A DNA stretch of 64,000 nt, taken from assembly GCA_964634945.1 (NCBI GenBank), contig CAZWMG010000008.1, positions 268 through 64,267 of the forward strand, in the 5' to 3' direction. This stretch comes from an uncultured Planctomycetia bacterium. Lineage in GTDB: Bacteria; Omnitrophota; Gorgyraeia; JABMRG01. Numbering within the stretch: the stretch's first letter is position 1; each line of letters begins with the position of its first letter. Below, one piece after another: positions 26,173 through 35,549 of this stretch. Below the pieces are notes generated by a model that was not told where the DNA came from, ran no database searches, and was given only the letters and a program-made list of their open reading frames with translations. Both the position numbers and the translations under genes were made by a program.

Positions 26173-27585
26173 GTGAAGAAGGAAGAAGCGAAAAAGGTAC
26201 AAAAAGGCAAGGTTATCGCGGTCCAGGGGCCTATAGTTATCGTAAGGTTTGAACCTAGCCCCCTAAAGGCCGCTATCTATGATATCTTAGAGACAACGAC
26301 TTACAACGGCCAGAGAGTAGTGCTGGAAGTGGTAGAGTATGTGAGCGAAAAGGCTAATGTTATCAGCAATGTCGTTAAATGTATACCATTAACATCCATC
26401 TTTGGTTTACAGAAAAACGCCGAAGTTTCCAACACAGGTTCTATGATTAATACCCCTGTAGGAGAAAAGGTATGCTCAAGGATATTAAATGTATTAGGTG
26501 AGCCAATAGATAAAAAGGGCCCTATAGACACGAAATTGAAGAGGCCTGTGCGCAGGAGAGAGAGCGCTAGCTTGAATATAGATAAGGCCAGAGAGATGCG
26601 TTTCGAGGTAATGGAGACAGGAGTAAAAGTAATCGATCTTCTCTTCCCATTGGTAAAAGGAGCAAAAACAGGAATATTAGGCGGCGCGGCTCTTGGCAAG
26701 AGCGTATTGATGCTGGAGCTTATGCACAACATTATTAGAAAGCAAAAAGGTTTTTGTGTTTTTACGGGAGCCGGAGAGAGAGTCAGAGAGGGTAACGAGC
26801 TTTATAATGAGATGTTAAAGCAGGATATATTAAGCAGATCGATCCTGGTCTATGGGCAGATGAACGAATCTCCCGGTGCGAGATTTGAGGTCGCCCATAC
26901 CGGCGTTACCTTGGCGGAATATTTTCAAGAGAAAAACGAAGATGTTTTATTCTTTATTGATAGTGTTTATAGATTTGCACAGGCAGGAAGCGAGCTATCT
27001 ACCTTGTTGGGCAGAATCCCTTCTGAAACAGGTTATCAACCCACTTTAACTTCAGAGATGAGTGAATTTCAGGAGAGGATTCGTTCGGGAAGTAACGCGG
27101 CTATTACGGCTATTGAGGCGGTTTATGTTCCGAGTGACGATTTAACAGATCCGGCGGTTGTCTGCATATTTAGCTATTTAGAGTCCATACTTATTCTTTC
27201 TCGTGAATATGTGCAGATGGGTTTTCACCCTGCTATTGATCCCTTGCTATCCTCCAGTTCTTATTTGGATCCGATAATTATAGGCAAGAGGCATTTTAAT
27301 GTTGCGCAGGATGTCCTAAGGATTCTTAATAAATATGAAGAATTAAGAAGGATAGTTTCTATCGTCGGAGTAGAAGAACTTTCAAAGGAAGATAGAATAT
27401 TGTTTGAAAGGGCGCGGAGAATGCAAAATTTTCTTACCCAGCCATTTTTTACCGCGGAACTTTATACAGGTAAGAGTGGAGAGTATGTGTCTTTGGAAGA
27501 AACTTTAATCGGCTGCGAGAAGATAATATCCGGTGAAATGGATAAAAAATTACCCGAAGACCTATACATGATAGGAGCATTATAA
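26173..27585 (+). CDS. atpD: F1 ATP synthase beta subunit (variant P-loop GGAALGKS)
   Basis: N-terminal beta-barrel [15 protein letters not shown]. The P-loop is [14 protein letters not shown] rather than the canonical [26 protein letters not shown] and the DELSEED-region analogue are present. Confidence 0.9.
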   Translation: MKKEEAKKVQKGKVIAVQGPIVIVRFEPSPLKAAIYDILETTTYNGQRVVLEVVEYVSEKANVISNVVKCIPLTSIFGLQKNAEVSNTGSMINTPVGEKVCSRILNVLGEPIDKKGPIDTKLKRPVRRRESASLNIDKAREMRFEVMETGVKVIDLLFPLVKGAKTGILGGAALGKSVLMLELMHNIIRKQKGFCVFTGAGERVREGNELYNEMLKQDILSRSILVYGQMNESPGARFEVAHTGVTLAEYFQEKNEDVLFFIDSVYRFAQAGSELSTLLGRIPSETGYQPTLTSEMSEFQERIRSGSNAAITAIEAVYVPSDDLTDPAVVCIFSYLESILILSREYVQMGFHPAIDPLLSSSSYLDPIIIGKRHFNVAQDVLRILNKYEELRRIVSIVGVEELSKEDRILFERARRMQNFLTQPFFTAELYTGKSGEYVSLEETLIGCEKIISGEMDKKLPEDLYMIGAL

Positions 27586-27734
27586 TTCGTTATGCGTTGT
27601 GCGCCTGCCTATTGGCGAGACAGGTATTGCGCATCATGTAAAATTTTTAACGCAATACACAATACGATATACGCAATACGAATTAAGCACAACACAATAC
27701 ACAATACACAATACGAAAAAGAGAGAGGCAAACA
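27586..27734. repeat. Intergenic repeat region: a conserved 27-mer after the atpD stop plus an octamer array CAATAC(A/G)C x~9
   Basis: taattcgttatgcgttgtgcgcctgcc also follows the atpFH stop at 23169-23197. The octamer array acgcaatacacaatacgatatacgcaatacgaattaagcacaacacaatacacaatacacaatacg lies at ~27650-27718. Confidence 0.6.
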
Positions 27735-29480
27735 ATGGCGATAAAAGTCGGAGAGATGCTTGTTAGTAAAAAACTTATCACGGCTGAACAACTACAACTA
27801 GTTTTACAGGAGCAGCACAAAACAGGCGAATTGTTAGGCCAGACTTTAAACAGAATGGGCTACATGGCTGAGGATCAATTTTTATTGGTGCTCTCCGAGC
27901 AACTCAATATTCCGTTTATTAAATTGCAGGATGTTGATATTGACACTGAAGCTATAAAGAAGTTGCCGCCTAAGTTCGCGTGGCATTACAAGATAATGCC
28001 TATTAGTTTGTCCGATGGAAAACTTACTGTAGCTACTTTTGATCCCTTAAGCTCCTTAAATGATGTAGAAAAGTTTTTAGGATGCGAGGCTGTCCCTGTC
28101 TTGGCAACGGAGAGCGATTTGATAAAGGCGATAGAAAAATATTATGGAGTTGGCGCGGAGACCATAGAAAAGATTATCGCCGCGGCGCCAAGAGAGAGTG
28201 TAGCTGTAGATACGGATAAAGAAGTAACAGATATAGAGAAGATGGCAGGAGACGCGTCAGTAGTTAAATTAGTAAATCAGGTAATAGTTGAGGCTTACCA
28301 GAAGAGAGCTACTGATATCCATTTAGACCTTTTTAGAAACAAGCTGAGCCTGCGATATCGTATTGATGGGATACTTTATCCGGCTAATACATCAGAAGAT
28401 ATGGTGCGATTTTTTCCGGCGATTATATCTCGTATTAAGATAATGTCTAACCTGAACATCGTAGAGCGTCGTCTCCCCCAGGACGGCCGCGCTGTAGTAA
28501 AGATAGGAGATATGGAACTTGACTTAAGAATATCGATTATACCTACACGCTATGGCGAGGGGCTGGTAATAAGGATACTGCCTACAAAGATGCTTTTTAG
28601 CTTAAAGGGCCTTGGGCTGCAAGATGCAGAATTAAAGGTGCTGGAATCGCTTATATACAAACCGCACGGTATAATTTTTGCTACAGGGCCCACAGGAAGT
28701 GGAAAGACTACTACATTATACGCATGTCTTAATAAGATAAAAAGCACAGAGAACAAGATAATTACATTAGAGGATCCTATAGAATATGAACTTGAAGGGA
28801 TAACGCAGATTCAGGCTATGCCTGAGATTGGGCTTACTTTCGCTGCCGGTTTAAGAAGCGTATTAAGGCATGACCCTGATGTCATGATGGTTGGAGAGGT
28901 AAGAGACTTTGAAACAGCGGAATTAGCTATCAGGATTGCCTTGACGGGTCACTTGATCTTTTCTACGGTACATACTAATGACGCCGCGGGCGGCGTAACA
29001 AGATTGCTTGATATGGGGGTTGAGCCGTTTTTGATAACATCCTCTGTGAGAGGTTTTATCGCGCAAAGGCTCTTAAGAGTCATCTGTCCTGATTGCAAGG
29101 AAGAGGACACATCAATAGGAGACGAGATCAGAAAACAGATAGTCCGGGAGATAGCGGAGTTTCGCCCGTTTTATCGTAAAAATCCTAAGCTATATAAAAA
29201 GTTTGTTGACCTCAAGGAATCTGATATCCATTTTTACAGGGGTAAAGGCTGCGAGGCATGCAACTTTAATGGTTTTAGAGACAGGACAGCCATATATGAG
29301 ATATTGGTAGTTAACAAGGCTATAAAAGAATTGATATTGAAAAAAGTATCTACGGATATCATACGAGATGAAGCGGTAAAGCAAGGTATGAAGACTCTTC
29401 GATTGGCTGGATGGGAAAGAGTTATTGAGGGCACTACAACGCCTGACGAGGTAATAAGAATTACACAGATTGAGGAATAA
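27735..29480 (+). CDS. gspE: Type II secretion / type IV pilus assembly ATPase (GspE/PilB family) with a T2SSE N-terminal domain
   Basis: N-terminal GspII_E-like domain (LVSKKLITAEQLQLVLQEQ...). Walker A GPTGSGKTT, the Asp box and Walker B are present, along with the tetracysteine motif CPDC....CEAC. Confidence 0.9.
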   Translation: MAIKVGEMLVSKKLITAEQLQLVLQEQHKTGELLGQTLNRMGYMAEDQFLLVLSEQLNIPFIKLQDVDIDTEAIKKLPPKFAWHYKIMPISLSDGKLTVATFDPLSSLNDVEKFLGCEAVPVLATESDLIKAIEKYYGVGAETIEKIIAAAPRESVAVDTDKEVTDIEKMAGDASVVKLVNQVIVEAYQKRATDIHLDLFRNKLSLRYRIDGILYPANTSEDMVRFFPAIISRIKIMSNLNIVERRLPQDGRAVVKIGDMELDLRISIIPTRYGEGLVIRILPTKMLFSLKGLGLQDAELKVLESLIYKPHGIIFATGPTGSGKTTTLYACLNKIKSTENKIITLEDPIEYELEGITQIQAMPEIGLTFAAGLRSVLRHDPDVMMVGEVRDFETAELAIRIALTGHLIFSTVHTNDAAGGVTRLLDMGVEPFLITSSVRGFIAQRLLRVICPDCKEEDTSIGDEIRKQIVREIAEFRPFYRKNPKLYKKFVDLKESDIHFYRGKGCEACNFNGFRDRTAIYEILVVNKAIKELILKKVSTDIIRDEAVKQGMKTLRLAGWERVIEGTTTPDEVIRITQIEE

Positions 29481-29736
29481 GAAAAAAGTCATGTTCCCTA
29501 TATCTATTCTTGATACAAAGACCACGGCCACTATCTTAAAAGGCATGGCTTCGTGCGTTATATTGCCCGGTGAAGAAGGCGAGCTCTCTATAATGGATTT
29601 CCACCAGCCGATAATAGCTTGCCTGAAAGAGGGGACAATCCAAATAGATAATTCCGATTCTATCCGCATTAAAAAAGGGATTGCGCGAATGGAAGGTAAC
29701 GAGCTTTCAGTTCTAGTGGAAAAGTCAGAAAAATAA
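29470..29736 (+). CDS. atpC: F1 ATP synthase epsilon subunit, N-terminal beta-sandwich domain only
   Basis: VILPGEEGELSIMDFHQPIIACLKEGTIQI....GIARMEGNELSVLVE follows the epsilon pattern V.V.G.EGELGI..GH.PL...L..G...I.......GG.LEV..N.V.VLA. The C-terminal helical hairpin is missing. The probable start is the ATG at 29491, which overlaps or abuts the gspE 3' end. Confidence 0.7.
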   Translation: MRNKKKVMFPISILDTKTTATILKGMASCVILPGEEGELSIMDFHQPIIACLKEGTIQIDNSDSIRIKKGIARMEGNELSVLVEKSEK

Positions 29737-29771
29737 TTTGTATTATATAAAATACTTTAGCGCGATAAAAA

Positions 29772-31016
29772 ATGACAAAATTTAATTACGAAGCAAAAAA
29801 AGGCCCAAAAGAGATTGTTAACGGAACAATTGAGGCAGATACCCAGGAAGCCGCGGTAGACAAGCTGAATCAGATGGGGTATATGCCTATTAGTGTTGTT
29901 CCTGCCGGCAAGGAGACGCCTGAAAAGAATGCTGATGCAAAGGATAAGGATAAAAAGGCCATTCAGCCATTATTGCCGGGCAAGGTCCGCTCTAAGGACC
30001 TTACTATATTTATAGAACAACTTGCCAGCTTGATTAAATCCAAAGTGCCTATATTGGAGGCGATAGAGGTCCTTCATGAGCAGATAGAGAGCCCGGCTTT
30101 ACGAAAAATAATATTGCATATCCAAGCTGAGGTGAGAGAAGGGAAAACATTATCCCATGCTCTCAGTAGATATCCGAAAGTTTTTCCTTTGTTGTATGTC
30201 AACATGATTGAGTCCGGAGAAGCGGGAGGCGTGCTTGAAAAGACTCTTATGCGGCTGGCTGAGTTTAGAAACAAGGAAGAGGAGACAAGGGCCAAAATAG
30301 TTTCAGCTTTGGCTTATCCGATCTTTATCATAATAGTCGGAATAGTTACTATATTTGCCTTATTTATTTTTGTTATCCCACGGATGACCTCTCTCTTTGG
30401 TGAAATGGGGCAAACCATGCCTTTACCAACCAGGATGCTACTGGCAATGAGTAATCTGGTTAGGAGTTATTGGTATTGGATACTCGCGGCAGTTGCGGGC
30501 ATGATGTTTATGGTCAAGCGAAGTGGAAAAAATAAGAATGAAAAGATTGTTCTGGATAGACTAAAGATTCAATTACCACTTATTGGAAATTTTATAAGGA
30601 AGACGTTAATAGCGGAGTTTTCTCGCACATTTGCCCTCCTTCTTGCTAATGGTATACCTATATTGCAGGCGATAAAGATAACTATACCAACTTTGAGCAA
30701 CGAAGTCTTTAAGAATGAGTTGAAAACAGTGCATAAGAATATAATTGATGGAATGAGTCTGGAGCAGAGCATGAAAAAGTCACAATGGTTTCCGCGTTTT
30801 ATGACTAATATGCTTGCCGTAGGTGAGAGAGGAGGCAATCTGGAAGAGGCGTTATTGGATGTAGCTAAATTTTATGAGAGGGAAGTTGATAAGACAACTA
30901 AGATTATAACCTCCCTGCTCGAGCCGGCGATAATCTTAGTGACAGGGCTTATAGTCGGATTTATTGTATTTGCCATGCTCTTACCGATATTCCAGCTGAA
31001 TTTTGGAGTGAACTAA
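29772..31016 (+). CDS. gspF: Type II secretion / type IV pilus inner-membrane platform protein (GspF/PilC)
   Basis: Two T2SSF repeats with 3 TM helices. Family motifs SHALSRYPKVFPLLYVNMIESGEAGG and NMLAVGERGGNLEEAL. Confidence 0.85.
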   Translation: MTKFNYEAKKGPKEIVNGTIEADTQEAAVDKLNQMGYMPISVVPAGKETPEKNADAKDKDKKAIQPLLPGKVRSKDLTIFIEQLASLIKSKVPILEAIEVLHEQIESPALRKIILHIQAEVREGKTLSHALSRYPKVFPLLYVNMIESGEAGGVLEKTLMRLAEFRNKEEETRAKIVSALAYPIFIIIVGIVTIFALFIFVIPRMTSLFGEMGQTMPLPTRMLLAMSNLVRSYWYWILAAVAGMMFMVKRSGKNKNEKIVLDRLKIQLPLIGNFIRKTLIAEFSRTFALLLANGIPILQAIKITIPTLSNEVFKNELKTVHKNIIDGMSLEQSMKKSQWFPRFMTNMLAVGERGGNLEEALLDVAKFYEREVDKTTKIITSLLEPAIILVTGLIVGFIVFAMLLPIFQLNFGVN

Positions 31017-31038
31017 GAAAATAGAAAAGGAGAATAAT

Positions 31039-31449
31039 ATGATGCTATTAAACCATCGCAAAAAGAAGGCCTTTACCTTAGTCGAGCTTTTATTGGTTGT
31101 AGTTATACTTGGCGCGTTAGCAGCCATGATAGTGCCAAGACTCGTTGGCCGCACGGAGCAGGCAAAGGTTTCTATTGCCAAAGCGGATATTACCTCTAAT
31201 ATACCATTAGCATTAGATCTCTACGAATTGGATAATGGTAAATACCCAACTACTATTCAGGCGCTTATCTCTAACCCGGGCGGGTTAAAGAGCTGGAACG
31301 GCCCTTACGCTAAAAATGATCCTATAGACCCTTGGGGCAATGAGTATAAATATAGATATCCATCTTCCCATGGTAAGGACTATGATTTGTATTCGTTAGG
31401 CCCGGATGGAGTAGAAGGCACAGATGATATTACAAATTGGAAGAAGTAA
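31039..31449 (+). CDS. gspG: Major pseudopilin (GspG-like) with a prepilin leader and an N-methylation motif
   Basis: Leader MMLLNHRKKKA followed by FTLVELLLVVVILGALAAMIVP. GspG-type globular domain: ALDLYELDNGKYPTT....GPY...DPWGNEY.Y..P...G.DYDLYSLGPDGVEGTDDITNW. Confidence 0.85.
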   Translation: MMLLNHRKKKAFTLVELLLVVVILGALAAMIVPRLVGRTEQAKVSIAKADITSNIPLALDLYELDNGKYPTTIQALISNPGGLKSWNGPYAKNDPIDPWGNEYKYRYPSSHGKDYDLYSLGPDGVEGTDDITNWKK

Positions 31450-31984
31450 TATTGTTGTGTGCATAACAGCAAGAGTTTTTTCACGCAATACGCAATACCT
31501 GCCTCGCCAATGTACTTTGCGCAAAGTCGCCGGCAAGGCGGGCCTGCCTTACCGACAGGCGGGCGCAATACGCAATACGAGAAAGGCTTTCACATTAATT
31601 GAAGTAATGCTGAGCGTAGCCATTTTATCAGTCGCCCTCGTTATGATACTGCAGGCGTTTGCGCATTCTCTAAATATATTACGTATAACGGAAGATAACC
31701 TAACCGGGACCTTGCTAGCCGGTAATAAGATGGCAGAAGCGCAGATACTGGCTAAAGGAGACTGGAGTGGTTTTGAAAATGGGGTGGATGAGAAATTTAA
31801 ACTTGATGATATCAAGTGTGATTGGGAGATTGACGTAACCCCTGTCGAGTTTGATACAGAGGAAGCCTCTGAGGGAGGCGAAACCTTGAATGAGGTCAAT
31901 GCTTTATTGTCATGGGAAGAGGGAAAGAGAAAAGGCGCTATCCCCCTCGCTACATATATGAGGAGCTTTAGCAGAGATAGATGA
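31424..31984 (+). CDS. Minor pseudopilin (GspI-like). The start codon is uncertain and is probably a non-ATG start within 31490-31560
   Basis: The prepilin cleavage/methylation motif KAFTLIEVMLSVAILSVAL begins at nt 31586. The annotated ATG would give a 54-aa leader that overlaps the repeat region. The 3' end overlaps the next gene (ATGA). Confidence 0.55.
   Translation: MILQIGRSNIVVCITARVFSRNTQYLPRQCTLRKVAGKAGLPYRQAGAIRNTRKAFTLIEVMLSVAILSVALVMILQAFAHSLNILRITEDNLTGTLLAGNKMAEAQILAKGDWSGFENGVDEKFKLDDIKCDWEIDVTPVEFDTEEASEGGETLNEVNALLSWEEGKRKGAIPLATYMRSFSRDR
31449..31585. repeat. Intergenic/5' repeat: CAATACGCAATAC octamer pairs flanking a GC-rich segment and a 14-bp palindrome actttgcgcaaagt
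   Basis: cacgcaatacgcaatacctgcc...actttgcgcaaagt...ggcgggcgcaatacgcaatacg. It overlaps the annotated 5' end of the next pseudopilin ORF. Confidence 0.55.
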
Positions 31985-32703
31985 ATAACCCTGTTGAAGT
32001 TTCCATGCCATACTTTGCGCGAAAGAAGAATTACGCGTTTACATTAATAGAGATCCTTGTAAGCGTAACCATAGTTTCTTTGGTAGGTGTAGCGCTATAT
32101 TCTATATTCGCAAATGGGATAAACGCCTGGCGCAAGGGCAGCGAAAATAAAGACTATGCGCGAAAGATAAGACTTGTCTCCGAAAAGATGACCGGTGAGA
32201 TAAGAAATGTCTTTGAATTCTCTATGATCGCTTTTGAGGGTGAAGAAGATTTTTTTATGTTTCCGGCCCTGATACCGACAACAGAGGATCAAGACGGGGA
32301 TATGATTACAGAATATTCTCAGGTAGGAAGAATAGCGTATTTTTATGACAATAAAAAAGACGCGTTTTGCAAAGAAGTTAGGACCTTGCCTGAGGCCCTT
32401 AATGAAGAGGAGATAGGTGACGGCGAGGTGCTGATAGAAGGCGTTAGCGGATTAGAAATAAATTATTGCTATCTTGATAACTTATCAGGTGAATATAAGT
32501 GGAAAGAAGACTGGAACAAGGAAGAACAGGATAGCATGCCACAGGCGTTAAGTGTCAAAATCTCTTTTAAGAAAGACGTAATGAAGAATGATGAGTTTAA
32601 TAAAACAGTATTTATTCCAATGGGGACGGGCGAGCAAAAAATGGACGCAGGTAGCGTTACACAGCAAATAGAAGAAGATGGGGTAGATGATGATGGATAC
32701 TAG
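31981..32703 (+). CDS. Minor pseudopilin (GspJ/GspH-like)
   Basis: N-terminal NYAFTLIEILVSVTIVSLVGVAL methylation motif and TM helix. Confidence 0.6.
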   Translation: MNNPVEVSMPYFARKKNYAFTLIEILVSVTIVSLVGVALYSIFANGINAWRKGSENKDYARKIRLVSEKMTGEIRNVFEFSMIAFEGEEDFFMFPALIPTTEDQDGDMITEYSQVGRIAYFYDNKKDAFCKEVRTLPEALNEEEIGDGEVLIEGVSGLEINYCYLDNLSGEYKWKEDWNKEEQDSMPQALSVKISFKKDVMKNDEFNKTVFIPMGTGEQKMDAGSVTQQIEEDGVDDDGY

Positions 32704-32829
32704 ATACTGGATGCTGGATGCAAGAAGAAAGGTTACAAGTAATTCGTATTGCGTGATACGTGATGTGTATTGCAAAAAATCTTAACGTTATATGCACGAC
32801 GAACGACGAAACAAAGGCACAAGGTCAAT
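32692..32829. repeat. Composite intergenic repeat element, paralogous to 20994-21167
   Basis: Heptamer tandem TAGATAC TGGATGC TGGATGC after the stop, then gtaattcgtattgcgtgatacgtgatgtgtattgcaaaaaatcttaacgttatatgcacgacgaacgacgaaacaaaggcacaagg. It lacks the 20-bp palindrome insert. Confidence 0.6.
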
Positions 32830-33855
32830 ATGATAATTAGGAGTAAGACAGCGAGTATATTGATCCTTACTCTTTGGATGGTGAGTTTTCTAACTATCTT
32901 TGTTGTCGGGCTCGGATATAAGGTGTCAGGCCAATTGCGCTTAGCCTCACATATGCAGGATAGGCTAAAGATGTACTATCTAGCTAAGGCAGGCATAGAG
33001 AGGGCAACTATCCGATTTGTTATGGATGAGACGCCTAAATGTACGAGTTTGGATGAAGAGTGGTCAAATAGTGAAGATTTTTTTAAAGAGGCACCTCTCG
33101 GTGACGGATATGTAACGGTTAGCTACCAGTTAGAAAATGAAATTGATGGCAAGGAGTCAACAGAAGACGTAGTTATGTATGGGTTAGTCGATGAGAATAG
33201 CAGGATAAATATAAACACGACCCCGCTTCAGATACTTAAAAACATGATCGAGAGTACAGATGAAGCCGAGACGGAAGAGGTCTCTGATATTGCTAACGCC
33301 ATTCTTGATTGGAGGGATAGAGATGTTATTCTCTCTCCCGGTGGCGCAGAGAATGAATATTACGAGGGGCTCGAACTGCCCTATTCATGCAAGAACGACG
33401 ATTTTCAGGTTGCCGAAGAGTTATTGCTGGTAAAAGGTGTGACTCCGGATATCTTTTTAAAGCTTTCTGATATAATCACGGTTTATGGCGAAGGCAAGGT
33501 CAATATTAACACAGCAGATTGGCGTACGTTTTACGCGATGGGACTAAGCAGTGATCTTGCAGAGAGAATAGTTCAATTTCGCAGAGGTGAAGATGATATA
33601 GATGGGACAGAAGATGACAATGTTTTTAATACCGTTGCGGAAATAAGAAACATTGGGTCATTGTTTACTGAGGAAGCGGAAGAGATAAACAGCCTTGTTT
33701 CTAGCAATGCGCTTACAGTACAATCAAATATTTTTAGGATTAACTCAGAAGGTATTATTCAAAAAGGTGATTATAGCATAAAGCGAAGTGTAGTTAGCGT
33801 GGTAGAAATAGTCCCTAATGAGAGCCCCAAGACGCTTTATTGGCATGAGTACTAA
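32830..33855 (+). CDS. gspK: GspK-like minor pseudopilin with two helix-hairpin-helix (NINTA) motifs
   Basis: TM helix ASILILTLWMVSFLTIFVVGL. Two motifs INININTTPLQILKNMI and VNINTADWRTFYAMGLSSDLAERIVQFR are typical of GspK. The start is taken at the ATG at 32830, because the track start at 32770 lies in the repeat element. Confidence 0.7.
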   Translation: MIIRSKTASILILTLWMVSFLTIFVVGLGYKVSGQLRLASHMQDRLKMYYLAKAGIERATIRFVMDETPKCTSLDEEWSNSEDFFKEAPLGDGYVTVSYQLENEIDGKESTEDVVMYGLVDENSRININTTPLQILKNMIESTDEAETEEVSDIANAILDWRDRDVILSPGGAENEYYEGLELPYSCKNDDFQVAEELLLVKGVTPDIFLKLSDIITVYGEGKVNINTADWRTFYAMGLSSDLAERIVQFRRGEDDIDGTEDDNVFNTVAEIRNIGSLFTEEAEEINSLVSSNALTVQSNIFRINSEGIIQKGDYSIKRSVVSVVEIVPNESPKTLYWHEY

Positions 33856-33915
33856 TAAAGGTACAAGGATAAAGTGCTAGATACTGGATACTAGATGCAA
33901 GATGCTGGATTGTTC
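33856..33915. repeat. Heptamer tandem repeat TAGATAC TGGATAC TAGATGC AAGATGC TGGATTG preceded by taaaggtacaaggataaag
   Basis: It lies immediately after the gspK stop. The leading taaaggtacaagg matches the 3' end of the element at 21122-21140. Confidence 0.55.
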
Positions 33916-34031
33916 ATCGAGATTCAAGCCGCTCCTTATGATGACAAACGTGGAACGACAGACAAGTGTTATGCTGAGAGTGATAAGTAAGTTTTGTTTT
34001 AACATGTGTTACCAATAAAAAACAGGATAAG

Positions 34032-35549
34032 ATGAAGTTATCATTTGTAAGAAAAAACCCGATTATGACTGTCTTGGAAATAGATGGCGATTGGCTTAAA
34101 ATAGTGCAGGTTAAGCCGTCAAGAAAAGAGAGTAAGATAGTTAGGATTGTAGTTGAGAAGATGCTACCTGACTCAGACGATAAGGCCCCTGATCGTATCA
34201 CAGCGCTACTTAAAGAGCTAAAAATAAATCCAAATCTTTTAACAGTATCAATACCGCATCAGCTTGTAGTTATTAAAAATCTCGAATTACCTTCCGTGAA
34301 TCCTGTGGAGGTAAAAGATATGGTCGAACTGCAGATAGGCAAGCAGACGCCTTTTACAAAGGACGAGATAATCTATGATTATGAGATAGTCAGTACTAAC
34401 GCGGAAGGTTACAGCAGGATCATATTGGTTATTGTCCATCAGGATGTTGTTCGGTCGAGCTTAAAAACATTAGAAAAGGCAGGGCTTAAGACGGAGAAGG
34501 TCTCTTTAAGCTCCGAAGGATTGTTTGCCTGGTACAAAGTCGCCTCCAAGGAAGAGGTTACTGACCAGCCATATGCTCTTATAGACGTAGATTATGACAA
34601 GAGTGATTTTATAGTTGTCTTAAAAGGGAAAGTTATATATTACAGAAATATATCCATAGGTTTTTTGCAGTCAATAGAAGCGCTTGAGAAATGGCACGCG
34701 AAGTTTATCGAGGAGATAAATCATTCTATATATGCTTATCATAGTGAGATGATAAACGAGGAGATCGCAAAGATCGTTATAACCGGGGCTAAAATGCTTA
34801 GCGGCAGCCTGAACAAGGATGTTCTAAAAGCTGTAGTTGGCCTGCCCGTCGATATTATACCTCAGATAGAGAACGCCCCATTAACAGATAAATGCCTTAA
34901 GGAATATGGCGAGATAACAAAAGATGTCTCTCTTTCCTGTCTTTTTGGCTTAGGGCTTAATCCTGACGGGGCAAGGATTAATCTTATACCGCAGCAACTG
35001 CAGATAGAGAAAGGGGTAAGGGAGAAGGGCAGAGACTTATACCTTTTTGGTATCTATTTAGCGTTTATTCTGGCAACAGCTTCAAGTATTTTTTTAGGTA
35101 GGCTCTATACAAAAGAGCAGTATCTAGGGGAATTAAAGCAGCAGGTTTCCAAAGTTCAGCACAAGATCAGCAGAATAAATGATATGATAGATGAGACAGA
35201 GGGCATAAAGATGCGCAGTAGCACCAGAAACCTTATGCTTAATTTTATCTTTGAAAAACACAGGGTTATTCCCCCGGACATATATTTAACATCAATTCGC
35301 TTTAATGGGAAGGACCGCCTGACTATTCGCGGGGCATCACCGGTTATGTCAGAGATATTTACTTTTGTTAACGTATTGGAGGAGTCAAAATATTTCCAGG
35401 ATGTTAAGACAAAGTTTGTTACGACCCGTAGCGTAAAGGGCAAAGATCTGACGGAATTTGAGATAATCTGCCCTTTAGATAATAGTCTTGAGGAAGCGTT
35501 AATCCTGTTGGATAACAGCCAATCAGGCGAACAAGAAGAAGATCGATGA
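34032..35549 (+). CDS. PilM-like actin-fold domain fused to a TM segment and a PilN/GspL-like periplasmic domain
   Basis: N-terminal ~300 aa have the PilM/GspL cytoplasmic-domain pattern (VLEIDGDWLKIVQV...). A TM helix LYLFGIYLAFILATASSIFLG at ~aa 335 is followed by a coiled-coil periplasmic part. Confidence 0.5.
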   Translation: MKLSFVRKNPIMTVLEIDGDWLKIVQVKPSRKESKIVRIVVEKMLPDSDDKAPDRITALLKELKINPNLLTVSIPHQLVVIKNLELPSVNPVEVKDMVELQIGKQTPFTKDEIIYDYEIVSTNAEGYSRIILVIVHQDVVRSSLKTLEKAGLKTEKVSLSSEGLFAWYKVASKEEVTDQPYALIDVDYDKSDFIVVLKGKVIYYRNISIGFLQSIEALEKWHAKFIEEINHSIYAYHSEMINEEIAKIVITGAKMLSGSLNKDVLKAVVGLPVDIIPQIENAPLTDKCLKEYGEITKDVSLSCLFGLGLNPDGARINLIPQQLQIEKGVREKGRDLYLFGIYLAFILATASSIFLGRLYTKEQYLGELKQQVSKVQHKISRINDMIDETEGIKMRSSTRNLMLNFIFEKHRVIPPDIYLTSIRFNGKDRLTIRGASPVMSEIFTFVNVLEESKYFQDVKTKFVTTRSVKGKDLTEFEIICPLDNSLEEALILLDNSQSGEQEEDR

